Part shown: one piece after another, positions 40,172 to 50,381 of the stretch
How the letters are laid out: every line of letters begins with the position of its first letter
Numbering within the stretch: the first letter of the stretch is position 1
Origin: Candidatus Kapaibacterium sp.
GTDB taxonomy: Bacteria; Bacteroidota; Ignavibacteria; Kapaibacteriales; UBA2268
Assembly: GCA_963664875.1 (NCBI GenBank)
Contig: OY761611.1
Span: 1,536,001-1,600,000 of the forward strand
DNA length: 64,000 bases
Reading direction: 5' to 3'
Translations under genes and position numbers: made by a program
Notes under the pieces: generated by a model
What the model was told of the DNA's origin: nothing
The model's input: the letters and a program-made list of their open reading frames with translations, nothing else
The model's database searches: none

Positions 40172-41122
40172 CTACGCAGTGATGTGCGTACCGGCTTTAC
40201 CTTCGAGAGCATCCATCAAATATTCATAAGAAGTAATGATAGCTTTTTTGCCACCATTTTTTACAAATTTGATAGCAGACTCAATTTTAGGAAGCATAGA
40301 GCCCGGAGCGAAATGCCCTTCTTTCACATATTGTTCCATTTCAGCAACAGTTGCATGAGAGATGCTTCGCATAGTTGGCTTTTTGAAATCCAAATAAGCA
40401 GCATCAGCATCAGTACTGATAATAAATACATCGACGTCTAAATCAAAAGCAAGTAAAGCAGAAGATCTGTCTTTATCAATCACAGCTTCTGAGCCTTCGA
40501 TTTCGCCGTTTTCTTTTTTGACTACAGGGATACCGCCACCACCAAGAGCCACAGTCAAAATATCCATTTCGATATTTTTCTTAATTACTTCGAGCTGAAG
40601 TATTTCTTTTGGCTGAGGTGATGGTACTACTCTTCTATAACCGCGTGAAGCATCTTCGACAACATTCCAGCCTAAAGTTTTGCTTTTTTCTTCAGCTACT
40701 TCTTTAGTGTAAAATGGGCCAATTGGCTTATTTGGATTTTGGAATGCAGGATCCGCAGGATCTACCGCACACATTGTCGGGATAACTGTTACTAAATTTT
40801 TAAGTCCTAATTCGCGTAACTCAGCTTCCATAGCTCTCTGCATGATATACCCAATTTCACTTTGAGTAGTAGCTACGCACATATCCAAAGTATGAGTATA
40901 TACTTCGCCGGCAGCTCTTTCGCTTCTAAGCAGAGCGGCACCTGCCTGAGGGCCGTTACCGTGAGTTACAACAACTTGCCAGCCCATTTCCACCATCTTG
41001 CAGATAGTTTTGGCTGTGGCTCTTGCATTTCCGAGTTGTTCCTCGATCGTGCCGCGTTCACCGGCACGAATCAAGGAATTACCACCTACAGCTATTAACG
41101 CTTTTTTTGACACTAAAGTCAC
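40172..41122 (-). CDS. arcC: Carbamate kinase
   Basis: AVGGNSL, THGNGPQ, KPIGPFY, RRVVPSP, GGGGIPV, EAVIDKD, GSMLPKIE. GTG start adjacent to the argF stop. Confidence 0.96.
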   Translation of the reverse strand: MTLVSKKALIAVGGNSLIRAGERGTIEEQLGNARATAKTICKMVEMGWQVVVTHGNGPQAGAALLRSERAAGEVYTHTLDMCVATTQSEIGYIMQRAMEAELRELGLKNLVTVIPTMCAVDPADPAFQNPNKPIGPFYTKEVAEEKSKTLGWNVVEDASRGYRRVVPSPQPKEILQLEVIKKNIEMDILTVALGGGGIPVVKKENGEIEGSEAVIDKDRSSALLAFDLDVDVFIISTDADAAYLDFKKPTMRSISHATVAEMEQYVKEGHFAPGSMLPKIESAIKFVKNGGKKAIITSYEYLMDALEGKAGTHITA

Positions 41123-41123
41123 C

Positions 41124-42038
41124 TTATTTCATTAATTGGTACATTACTGCTTTTTGAGCGTGCAATCTGTTTTCAGCTTCTTGGAATACATGAGAAGCGT
41201 CAGTGTCGATTACATCAGAGCATACTTCTTCGCCGCGGTGAGCAGGCAAGCAATGCAAGAACATAGCGTCTTTATTTGTGTGGCTAAACAATTCAGCATT
41301 AACCTGATAAGGCATAAAGATTTTTTTACGTTCTGCCGCTTCTGCTTCCTGACCCATAGATGCCCAAACGTCAGTATAAACGACGTCAGCACCTGTTACA
41401 GCTTTAACAACATCGTGTTCTACTTCGATTTTTGCGCCAGTTTCTTTTGCTGCTTCTTGAGCTTCCTGGAAAGCAATCAAGTTTGGTTCGAAACCTACCG
41501 GGCAAGCGATAGTTACATCAACACCTAAGCGAGCACCTGCGAACATCAAAGAGTGAGCAACGTTGTTACCGTCACCAACATAAGTCAATTTCAAACCATC
41601 GAAAGAACCTTTTATTTCTTTGATAGTCATGAAATCTGCCATAGCCTGGCATGGGTGAGTGTAGTCAGTAAGACCATTGATGATTGGAATTGTAGTGCAA
41701 GCAGCCATTCTGTCAACAATAGAGTGAGCAAAAGTACGAATCATGATACCGTCAGCCATACGACCAAGTACACGGCCGATATCTTCTACAGATTCACGTT
41801 TGCCAAGGCTGATTTCTTGTGGAGAAAGATAAAGAGAGTAACCGCCTAACTGCTGGATACCGATATCGAAAGAAGCTCTTGTACGAAGAGAAGGTTTTTC
41901 GAATATCAAAGCAAGAGTTTTGCCTTTCAATGCTTCAGCATATTTAGCTTTGTTGTTTTTCATATCAATCGCCAAATCGATAGTATCGATTACTTCCTGG
42001 CGAGTGAAATCGGTCACTTTCAAAAAGTCTTTAGTCAT
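41124..42038 (-). CDS. argF: Ornithine carbamoyltransferase
   Basis: FEKPSLRTR, HPCQAMAD, GDGNNVAHS, DVWASMGQE (ornithine SMG motif), HCLPAHRGEE. Confidence 0.94.
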   Translation of the reverse strand: MTKDFLKVTDFTRQEVIDTIDLAIDMKNNKAKYAEALKGKTLALIFEKPSLRTRASFDIGIQQLGGYSLYLSPQEISLGKRESVEDIGRVLGRMADGIMIRTFAHSIVDRMAACTTIPIINGLTDYTHPCQAMADFMTIKEIKGSFDGLKLTYVGDGNNVAHSLMFAGARLGVDVTIACPVGFEPNLIAFQEAQEAAKETGAKIEVEHDVVKAVTGADVVYTDVWASMGQEAEAAERKKIFMPYQVNAELFSHTNKDAMFLHCLPAHRGEEVCSDVIDTDASHVFQEAENRLHAQKAVMYQLMK

Positions 42039-42194
42039 GGTATTTCTCCGAATTTTGTTTGAAAAAAATATATAATAGTTTGGGAAATTACTTAGTCATC
42101 TAACTTACCAAAAATACAAAACTTGAAATTCCAATCTAATGAAATTTCCTATGTTAAGTGTTTAAATTGAAACAAAAAACTGTGAATAATTATA

Positions 42195-42329
42195 TTAAAC
42201 AGGTGCGTCAGTAGCGTAGTGCATGAATTGAGTGATCTTGCTTGATCTGTTTTTGGGCGTACTGATTGACCTCGATATGATATACCGAGTTAAAAGCTTA
42301 GCAGAAAGATATTTATACAAAAATCTCAT
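42195..42329 (-). other. Possible 44-aa small ORF upstream of argF
   Basis: ATG at 42329 to TAA at 42195-42197 (MRFLYKYLSAKLLTRYIISRSISTPKNRSSKITQFMHYATDAPV). TAAATT(G) -10-like element at 42374-42380. Confidence 0.25.
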
Positions 42330-42484
42330 TTCTTTAGATTCCGCTTTTATGAGCCAATCCACTATGAAAGAGGCAATTTATAAAAATTGGCATAAAACAA
42401 AAATTTTTTCTGATTAATATTCAAAAACCAACAATGTCTATTCAACTGTCCTCTCTAACCATATCCTATCTCTCCGGCTTCTAT

Positions 42485-43495
42485 TTATGCTTTCTTCTCA
42501 TTGTGAAATTTTCCGACTGCCTCTGCTATTGCCTCTGCAAATATCAATTTCATATCGTCTTTGGTTTTTTCGTCATCGGTAGGTGGAGTCAATATTATTT
42601 TTTTTGAGGTATAAGGTCCCCATCTTTTAGCTGAAATATGCGGAGTGTTAGGGTAGAGCCCTACTACGTTTGCACCAAATCCGGCAGCTATGTGGAGCAC
42701 CCCTGTAGAATTTGCTACAAGTGTATCTGCGAGGTGAGTCAAAGCCATTAGTTGCAACAAATTGAACTTACCTGATAAATCTACACATTCGGGACATATT
42801 TTTTTTATTACATTGCAGGCTTCCATCTCCTGCTTTGAGCCGGTAAGCACTATATGAAGTTCATACTGTTGACTGATAATCTTTGCGGCTTCGCCTAAGG
42901 TAGGCAGTGGCACATCTTTGGCAGAACCACCACTACCGGGATGAATGATAGCAAAAGGAAATCTCACTCCGCTATCTGCCATTTGTTGTTTCACTTCCTC
43001 ATAAATACTTTTATCTAACACAGGCGAGGATAGCTTAACAGGTAAACTCTCTCCTATCAGTTGCTCAATCATATTTACATTATACTCTGCTTCGTGTTTG
43101 TCCGAAACCTTTCTATGAGTCGCAATTTTGTGATTTGCAAAAAAAGAGTACCAACGAAAAGCTGACGAAACCCTATGTTTTATACCTGCAAAAAATGCTG
43201 CCTTTAGCTCATCAAATCTTGGCCTGGGAAAGAATACGATGTCAGGCTTCTCATTTGAAAATATTTCTTTGATGCCATTCTGAAAATCTTCAATAAAGAA
43301 TACTCTATCTAAAGCAGGATTATTTTCAAGAAGAGGAGCTGTATAGCGTGACGCAATAAAAATAATTTCTTTATCAGGAAATTTTTCTTTTAGTGCGACC
43401 CCCATGGGCAGCGTCAACACCATATCTCCTATTTTATCAGTACGAACAACAGCAATTTTTTTTGCTCTATTAAAAATATTTTTATTCTTTATCAT
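42485..43495 (-). CDS. Glycosyltransferase family 9 (LPS heptosyltransferase-like)
   Basis: RTDKIGDMVLTLP, IIHPGSGG, NSTGVLHIAAG, RWGP. Confidence 0.92.
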   Translation of the reverse strand: MIKNKNIFNRAKKIAVVRTDKIGDMVLTLPMGVALKEKFPDKEIIFIASRYTAPLLENNPALDRVFFIEDFQNGIKEIFSNEKPDIVFFPRPRFDELKAAFFAGIKHRVSSAFRWYSFFANHKIATHRKVSDKHEAEYNVNMIEQLIGESLPVKLSSPVLDKSIYEEVKQQMADSGVRFPFAIIHPGSGGSAKDVPLPTLGEAAKIISQQYELHIVLTGSKQEMEACNVIKKICPECVDLSGKFNLLQLMALTHLADTLVANSTGVLHIAAGFGANVVGLYPNTPHISAKRWGPYTSKKIILTPPTDDEKTKDDMKLIFAEAIAEAVGKFHNEKKA

Positions 43496-43575
43496 ATCAA
43501 ATTGGCTTACTTTTTGTTATAATTGCAAATAAATATCAGCAGTAACAAACAAGTCTCGAATATTATCTAACATAG

Positions 43576-44448
43576 ATGAAACTATTATCTTCAATATTGA
43601 TTATACTTGCTTTTGCAACATTTATTTGGAGCAATACTTCCAACAATGTTGCCATTGCTACTAACAAATCTAAGCATCTTGATAATCAATCCAAAAAGAT
43701 TAATAATTATTTGCCTCATTTCAAAGATACTATTTACGTGCTTGGCGATTCATATATCGAACTCCCTCTGAAGGAACAGTACGCTTATGTCTTCCGTCGC
43801 AACAAACCTACACTTAGGCTACCTGTTTCAAGTGGTAACAATAAGCTACACAAAGGTATAAAAACACGAACAGGCTTATTTGCAGTGCAAAGCAAGCTAA
43901 GAAAGGCTATATCCAAACAATTTAATAATGCCGAATTGATAAATTGGATTGGTTTCAATTATAACATTGGTTTCCATGGACTATCGAGCTCCGGTTACTA
44001 CAGCTATCTCGGCAAAAAACCATCTTCTCACGGTTGTGTGCGAATTTCACGCGAAGATGGTGATTCTATTTACGTTTCAGTTCAGATAGGCACACCTGTA
44101 ATGGTATATGAAGAAGAACCTGCGAGAGTGTTCCGATTTATTGACTCTGTGGAACTTTCTCAACGCAATTACATCACACTCCGTGAGCGTGGAGAAATGC
44201 AGAAATACATTTTAGATAGTCGCTTGGCTGCACTGCAATCAGGCATTACTGACTATCTTGAAGATTTGGCTATAGTGATGGACGGCACCACTCAGCTAAG
44301 ACCCGGCTCGTATGATATCGGCATTTATAGCGAGTGCTCTAAACCAAGGCCTATTATTGAATCTGATTTTACCTTAGAATCAAAAGATAATACTAATATC
44401 TCTATGTCGATTAATAATTTGAACAATCCACAAACAAAAACAGAATAG
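43576..44448 (+). CDS. L,D-transpeptidase (YkuD family)
   Basis: PVSSG, IGFHG...PSSHGCVRI catalytic motif, IGTPVMVY. Confidence 0.88.
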   Translation: MKLLSSILIILAFATFIWSNTSNNVAIATNKSKHLDNQSKKINNYLPHFKDTIYVLGDSYIELPLKEQYAYVFRRNKPTLRLPVSSGNNKLHKGIKTRTGLFAVQSKLRKAISKQFNNAELINWIGFNYNIGFHGLSSSGYYSYLGKKPSSHGCVRISREDGDSIYVSVQIGTPVMVYEEEPARVFRFIDSVELSQRNYITLRERGEMQKYILDSRLAALQSGITDYLEDLAIVMDGTTQLRPGSYDIGIYSECSKPRPIIESDFTLESKDNTNISMSINNLNNPQTKTE

Positions 44449-44457
44449 AAAAAATCT

Positions 44458-45690
44458 ATGGATCAGGAATTTATCAAGAAGCAAACTGCAGTGTTTGGTT
44501 CAATTGTTTTGAGTATTATTGCTCTCATTGGCTTTATGTCTAAAACCGGAATTTTAGCAAGGCCAATGGCTCTGATACTCATACCATTATTTTTACTTTT
44601 CCCTTACAGACGGGAATCATTATTTGTAAAGCGAATGATTATCCTGGCTTCAATTCTGTTTATAGTTTGGATACTATCAGATTTGGGAGCAGCTATTCTT
44701 CCATTCTTTTTATCATTTCTGATAGCTTATATTTTAGACCCGTTTGTGGTTTATCTGACTACAAAAAAAATACCACGCTGGTTGGCATCTATCTCAATAG
44801 TCGGATTTTTTGTAGGACTTGTTACAGGTGTCGCTGTCGGCGTTTTCCCAACGATCTTTTCTCAGTTAGACCAAGTTCTTACTACTCTCTCCGGATTGGT
44901 AAAAACAATGTCAGACTATCTTGAAAGCAAAGAGTTTTATGCTACTCTTTCTGAATTCGGACTCAAACAAAAGCAGATGAAGCCCATCATTCAAAAAGAG
45001 TTTATTCCTGAATTGCAAAATCTCTTTGAATTGATATTGCACTCTTTGCTCAGTTTTTTCAAAAGTCTGCAAAGCGTAGCGACTCAGCTTTTTAATGCAA
45101 TAATAATTCCGGTATTAGCATTTTACCTTCTTAAAGATTTTGATAAACTGAAGCGTTTAATCAAATCTTTAGTAGGCAAAAAAGATCCTAAAATGCTCAA
45201 TGATTTGAAAAGGATAAATCAAATTATAAGAAAATACATTGGCTGGCAGATTCTTGCAGCTCTTATTGTTGCTACTACTACTTCTATCGCATTTTCTTTG
45301 TACGGGATCCCATACCCTATAGTTTTGGGCATACTTTGCGGTGTATTCAACCCGATACCTTATTTAGGTATTTTTATAAGTATGGTGATTGGCATATTTA
45401 CAGTTGTGTTGGTAGATCCTTCTATGGTTTGGTCGCAGGGGATGTTCATTATTTTAGTAATTTCTGCCCTGCACTTTATCAACGCATATTTCCTCGAACC
45501 TAACATTGCAGGTAAACAGGTAGGTTTGCATCCTGTGATGTTAATTGCTTCTCTATTTATTTTTGGTACTCTGTTTGGCTTAGTAGGTCTCTTGATAGCT
45601 GTGCCCGGTGCTGCTATACTTATGATGTTTTTCAATGACTGGCGCGATAAAACAGAACGAAAAGATAATATCATTATCGACAATCATTAG
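44458..45690 (+). CDS. AI-2E family transporter
   Basis: AYILDPFV, FNPIPYLG, LEPNIAGKQVGLHPV, GLLIAVP. Confidence 0.92.
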   Translation: MDQEFIKKQTAVFGSIVLSIIALIGFMSKTGILARPMALILIPLFLLFPYRRESLFVKRMIILASILFIVWILSDLGAAILPFFLSFLIAYILDPFVVYLTTKKIPRWLASISIVGFFVGLVTGVAVGVFPTIFSQLDQVLTTLSGLVKTMSDYLESKEFYATLSEFGLKQKQMKPIIQKEFIPELQNLFELILHSLLSFFKSLQSVATQLFNAIIIPVLAFYLLKDFDKLKRLIKSLVGKKDPKMLNDLKRINQIIRKYIGWQILAALIVATTTSIAFSLYGIPYPIVLGILCGVFNPIPYLGIFISMVIGIFTVVLVDPSMVWSQGMFIILVISALHFINAYFLEPNIAGKQVGLHPVMLIASLFIFGTLFGLVGLLIAVPGAAILMMFFNDWRDKTERKDNIIIDNH

Positions 45691-45730
45691 TGTCTCTGGT
45701 TATTATTAGACACAAGATTTTGACAATAAT

Positions 45731-45763
45731 GCCGACTTATAGATTATAGGTCGGTTTTATTTT
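45731..45763 (+). terminator. Intrinsic terminator
   Basis: CCGAC.TATA...TATA.GTCGG stem followed by TTTTATTTT. Confidence 0.6.
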
Positions 45764-45900
45764 ATCAGATTTCTATATGTTATATAGCCATATCTTTTGT
45801 GCTGTAGAGCGGTTTGCATTGGATTTGTTTTATATATCAGACTACACTTTAGGATACCTTACATAACACAGAGCCGTAACATAGCCTATCCGGTCAAACG

Positions 45901-45916
45901 TGGCACATTACTTGAT
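45901..45916 (+). promoter_or_regulatory. Putative sigma54 (-24/-12) promoter
   Basis: TGGCAC-N5-TTGA(T): consensus TGGCAC-N5-TTGC with one mismatch, 45 bp upstream of ATG 45962. Confidence 0.5.
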
Positions 45917-45961
45917 AGTTAAGTAATCCAAGCTATATACTTCAATTATTATGGCGAAAAT

Positions 45962-47401
45962 ATGCAAAAATCAATGTTATATATAATCCTGCTACTTTTT
46001 GGTTTTGCAGCCGCTACGGCTCAAAGCATCAAAATAGTAAGGACCGATGTGGACAGCACTCGCTCGAGCTTTGTAACATCTACTTACGTCTTTGGGATAG
46101 ATATATATGCTATGGACGTGGAAGACTGCAATGAGGTCAATTTTAATCTCTTCTTTGACAACATTGACGTTGTTAAATTTTCAGGATACGAAAACACTGA
46201 ATTCACTTCAAACGGCGGCTTTTGTAGGCCTCAATACTTCGAAAATGTAGCGGCTAATACCGCTTCAATATATGTAGGTGCACTTTCCGGAGAAACAAAA
46301 CAAGAAGCGACAGCAGACAACCCAAGAGTGATACATTTAGAATTTGTAGTCAATCAGTCTGCTTTAAACAATTCGGAATTAACTTTTACAATCACTGACG
46401 CAGAGGCGATTGTCAAAGCAGAAGTGTCGCCGATTGATCTTCTCGCAGAAGAAACAGTTTACAATATACATAGTTTTATGAATGTTTGGCCCGGAGACGC
46501 AGATAATAATGGCTTAGTCGAAATGTCGGATATCAATGTAATTGGCTTATATATGGGTATGGGCTCCGCTACTAAGCAGATGCGCAGCTTCAAACGTCCA
46601 AATGCCAGTACCTTATGGCATGCACAGCAAGTCCTTGCTTGGGACTCATTGCCCGTAACTTATGCGGACTGCGACGGTAACGGCGATGTTACTGTTTCAG
46701 ACGCACATGTTGTGGTGCTAAATATAGGTAAAACTCATGTGCCGGGAGCGGGCATAGCTAATCAGACTAATCAAATAAAAGACCTTTTCCCTAAAGTCAA
46801 ATATCCTGATTCGTATGACAGACAGAGTCTGTTTATTTCTTCTAACAGAGAGGTTATCTCCGTATCTGGTAGAATATATATCACAGGAATTCTCGCTGAT
46901 GAATTTGTAGGTTTAGAGCTTTCCGAAGCATTTAATGACGAAAACTCGTTTTTGTATTATAAATACAATGAGGATGATATGTACGTTGACTTTATTGCAG
47001 GAAGTTTCAGTCATAATGTCTGCAAAGGTGATGCCGAATTAGTAGATGTAGTAATCAAAGGCAACAATCACAAAATGTTTGGAATTACTGCTCAAGAGCT
47101 TTTGGGTATGAGTAAAAGCGGAAGTCTGATGCCTTTAAGTCATACAACTGCTATTGAGACTACAGACAAACCGAAACAATCTTTGTCATACAACAAAGGT
47201 TTGCTCTTGCTCAACAATTCAGCTTTTTCCGGAGAAATTGAGCTAAAAGTTTACACCTATGCAGGAAGCGAAGTTCTTGTAAGAAGAGCCTATGCGAATG
47301 GCAATCTTGCTTTAAATATTGGCGAATTGCCTATTGGTACTTACTTGCTATTTATCAGTGACGGGAAAAAATACAGTAGCTTCAAATTTGTAGCTGAGTA
47401 A
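45962..47401 (+). CDS. Secreted protein with cohesin-like and dockerin-like domains and T9SS CTD
   Basis: Signal peptide, beta-sandwich N-terminus, VWPGDADNNGLVEMSD...YADCDGNGDVTVSD paired Ca-binding loops, C-terminal VYTYAGSEV...LPIGTY...FKFVAE. Confidence 0.75.
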   Translation: MQKSMLYIILLLFGFAAATAQSIKIVRTDVDSTRSSFVTSTYVFGIDIYAMDVEDCNEVNFNLFFDNIDVVKFSGYENTEFTSNGGFCRPQYFENVAANTASIYVGALSGETKQEATADNPRVIHLEFVVNQSALNNSELTFTITDAEAIVKAEVSPIDLLAEETVYNIHSFMNVWPGDADNNGLVEMSDINVIGLYMGMGSATKQMRSFKRPNASTLWHAQQVLAWDSLPVTYADCDGNGDVTVSDAHVVVLNIGKTHVPGAGIANQTNQIKDLFPKVKYPDSYDRQSLFISSNREVISVSGRIYITGILADEFVGLELSEAFNDENSFLYYKYNEDDMYVDFIAGSFSHNVCKGDAELVDVVIKGNNHKMFGITAQELLGMSKSGSLMPLSHTTAIETTDKPKQSLSYNKGLLLLNNSAFSGEIELKVYTYAGSEVLVRRAYANGNLALNIGELPIGTYLLFISDGKKYSSFKFVAE

Positions 47402-47451
47402 ACTACGGCATATTTTAATTTGTACATCTTAGAGAGAATAGCTAAAGTTCT

Positions 47452-48105
47452 CTATAAGTCAATATAGTTGTGCTTAATCGCATATTTTATCAAATCAACA
47501 GTCGTTTTCAAATCTAATTTTTGCATAATGTGATTTTTATGCGATTCGACCGTTCGAACAGAAATGAATAATTTATCGGATATTTCAGCATTGGTATGCC
47601 CCTCCGCAAAGAGTTTCAGAACTTCCTTTTCTCTTTTTGTCAGCTCTTCAGTGCCGTTGTTCTCTTTCTTGTTCTGCACATTATTTACATAGCTTTTCAG
47701 GATAATCCCTGATATTTCATTGCTAAAGTACTCATCTCCGTTAAATATCGATTTGACTGCAGCAATTAGCTCTTTTCTATTTGTGTTCTTTGGCAAATAT
47801 CCTTTCGCACCAGCTTCGATTGCTTTCAAAATAAACTCTTCGTTTATATACATTGAAAGCATAAGCACAGCAATATTCGGATACTTCGTTTTTAGAATAT
47901 TACATATTTGAATGCCTGACACATCCGGCAATGAAATATCCAAAATAATAATATCACATTTTTTGTTGTCCAAATAAATCTGCAATTCTTCAAAATTGGA
48001 GGCTTCCCCGACAATTTCAATGTTGTCTTCAGTTTGAAGAACAGACTTGATACCATCGCGTACTAAAGCATGGTCATCAACCAGAATAATCCTAATTTTG
48101 TCCAT
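47452..48105 (-). CDS. NarL/LuxR-family response regulator
   Basis: VDDHALVRDG, LDISLP, LTKREKEVLKL, LFISVRTVESHKNHIMQKL. Confidence 0.95.
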   Translation of the reverse strand: MDKIRIILVDDHALVRDGIKSVLQTEDNIEIVGEASNFEELQIYLDNKKCDIIILDISLPDVSGIQICNILKTKYPNIAVLMLSMYINEEFILKAIEAGAKGYLPKNTNRKELIAAVKSIFNGDEYFSNEISGIILKSYVNNVQNKKENNGTEELTKREKEVLKLFAEGHTNAEISDKLFISVRTVESHKNHIMQKLDLKTTVDLIKYAIKHNYIDL

Positions 48106-49747
48106 TTAACTTGTCCTTCCCTATAGTAAGTATGACACTTGTCCCCTGCCCGGTGCTACTTTGTATTTCGAAATGAGCTCCAATTGATTCTGCTCTTTCT
48201 CTCATGTTTTGTAAGCCATTTCCATGCACAGATGAAGATAAATCAGTTTGGAATCCCTTCCCCATGTCTTTAATCGCTATAACTAATATATCACTTTGCA
48301 TCTTTATACTCAAGAATATTTTCAATGCTCCGGAATGCTTGATAGCATTATTCAGAGCTTCCTGGACAATCCTGTAGATATTGATTTTCGTTTGCTTAGC
48401 GATGTCTTTTGGCAATTTGTCAGATTCAAAAATAATTTCGAGATTACTATTTACATTCAAAGTTTCAACAAGGTACCTGAGAGAAATTGCTAAGCCAAAC
48501 TCTTTCAATACAGAAGGCATAAGGTTATTAGAGATTCTCCTAATATCATCTATTGCAAGATCGACAGCTCCGGCTAAGACTTTTAGTTTATTGACCGACT
48601 CTTCGTTGAGTGCAGCATAGTTAAAACTTTCAATCTGTAGTTTTAGAGCAGTCAAGGTTTGCCCCAGACCATCATGTAACTCTCTGGAAAGTCTTTCCCT
48701 TTCATTTTCTTCCGCTTCCAGTCGGGCAGTGTTTCGGTTTTGCCTTTCAAGGGCTAACTCCACATTTGCAGATTTCAATTCAGCAATCATAGTATTAAAA
48801 GCATTTACCAAATCACCTATTTCATCATTTGAATGCTTTATCTCTATAGGCTTCAGGATTCCTTTTGCAATTTTGGAAGTACTTTTTTGAAGTTCTAAGA
48901 TTGGTCTTGTGATGTTTTTGGAGAAAATAAATACGACAATAAAAATCATCAAGGCAAGTAGAATTGTAGAAAATATAATTTTGTTTCTTATATCATTTAT
49001 TGATTCTATAGCTTCATGATAATCAATTTCTGCAAGTAAACACCACTCTAAGCCTTGTATCTCCATTTTGCCAAAAGAGCTGAATACAGTGATACCTCTG
49101 TAATCATCAAACAGTCCTGTACCTGACTCTCCCTTTAGAGCTTTTGCAACTCCTTCGGTATTTACTTTGATTTTGAGGATAGAATTTTCCTTAAATCTAG
49201 ATGTCGTTCTTAGTAATGAATCCCTACCGACTATATAAGATTCTCCGGAGTTACCTAATCCCGAATTAGGTGAATTTTCCAGCATAACTTTATTTATTAC
49301 AGAATAGTCTATAAGCATATCAATATTATATGCTTTGCCTGCTATTAAATAGGATTTCGAAAGATGAATATTAAGCTCGTCGTTACTGTGATCTTCGTAC
49401 AAATTAAACTTGTCTGCAGTATCAAACTCTTTGTTAACTGCTTTTATTTCAATTGCAGCAATATTCTTATTGTAACTTACAAAATCCTTTATGAGTATAT
49501 TTGAGCTTTGCATATTAACATCTCCGAGCAGTTTAGCAAACATATTCAGCTCACTTTTTCTATCTTCAAAGAAATCATAAATCTGACGGCTCTTTACTAC
49601 CCTGACTGAGGTTAGCTGCTCTAAAGTTCTATTTATAAGTGCATTTTTTGCATCTGCATAGGATACAATACTGACAATTAGTGAAGTACCTACACTAATC
49701 AATATCACATACAAAATCAGCTTATCAGTAATCGAAAACTTGACCAT
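48092..49747 (-). CDS. NarX/DegS-type sensor histidine kinase (Cache + HAMP + HisKA_3)
   Basis: Two TMs, GLGNSGESYIVG and DYRGITVFS Cache motifs, HAMP DEIGDL, ERERLSRELHDGLGQ, EALNNAIKHS, GNGLQNMRER. Confidence 0.93.
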   Translation of the reverse strand: MVKFSITDKLILYVILISVGTSLIVSIVSYADAKNALINRTLEQLTSVRVVKSRQIYDFFEDRKSELNMFAKLLGDVNMQSSNILIKDFVSYNKNIAAIEIKAVNKEFDTADKFNLYEDHSNDELNIHLSKSYLIAGKAYNIDMLIDYSVINKVMLENSPNSGLGNSGESYIVGRDSLLRTTSRFKENSILKIKVNTEGVAKALKGESGTGLFDDYRGITVFSSFGKMEIQGLEWCLLAEIDYHEAIESINDIRNKIIFSTILLALMIFIVVFIFSKNITRPILELQKSTSKIAKGILKPIEIKHSNDEIGDLVNAFNTMIAELKSANVELALERQNRNTARLEAEENERERLSRELHDGLGQTLTALKLQIESFNYAALNEESVNKLKVLAGAVDLAIDDIRRISNNLMPSVLKEFGLAISLRYLVETLNVNSNLEIIFESDKLPKDIAKQTKINIYRIVQEALNNAIKHSGALKIFLSIKMQSDILVIAIKDMGKGFQTDLSSSVHGNGLQNMRERAESIGAHFEIQSSTGQGTSVILTIGKDKLNGQN

Positions 49748-49875
49748 TTGGTGCCTGTCTGCAAATTTTTATTCAATCAAGTTAATTCTAAAAAACGAAT
49801 AATCAAACTATTAGATAATATTCTGCCAAATATTTTGTAAGTTTTGGTAATCTTGAACAATGTTTAAAATACAAA

Positions 49876-50211
49876 ATGACTACATACAAGAAAATAAAAA
49901 TAACTGCGGTTGTTATTTCAATAGTGCTGTTTGCTCTTGTAACTCCGTTTTATCTCGGATATGGCAACCCACTTCCTCAGACAGATTATTCAACATTCGA
50001 AAACATTTGGTTGACAGCCATTCCAATTATGTTAATCGGTCTTTTGGTTGGCATTAAATGGGAAAAAGCTGCAGCTTGGATGATAATAATTCCTGTAAGT
50101 ATTGGTTTTGTTTACTCTTTATTAGTATGGGAAGACCCTTGTCTGCCTATGGTATTGCCACTAATTCCGGGGCTTTTATACTGGAAAAGCAGCAAATTAA
50201 GACGAGCATAG
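49876..50211 (+). CDS. Small integral membrane protein
   Basis: Four hydrophobic segments in 111 aa. Confidence 0.65.
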   Translation: MTTYKKIKITAVVISIVLFALVTPFYLGYGNPLPQTDYSTFENIWLTAIPIMLIGLLVGIKWEKAAAWMIIIPVSIGFVYSLLVWEDPCLPMVLPLIPGLLYWKSSKLRRA

Positions 50212-50381
50212 CACTATACTCAAAAAGATAATGCGACATTCACTACAACTATTTACATAGACTGCCATACCAATTATCACTGTGTTTTTTTTGATAATAG
50301 ACAGAAAATGTAAAATATAAAAGAACTGATTGAGTCTTCTATATTAGGGGGAGTTTACATAACAAAACAGGCGACAATACT

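Noticed and set aside
41124-42038. N-acetyl/N-succinylornithine carbamoyltransferase, suggested by SLRT instead of STRT
   Set aside because: It retains DVWASMG and HCLPAHRG, typical of true ornithine carbamoyltransferases.
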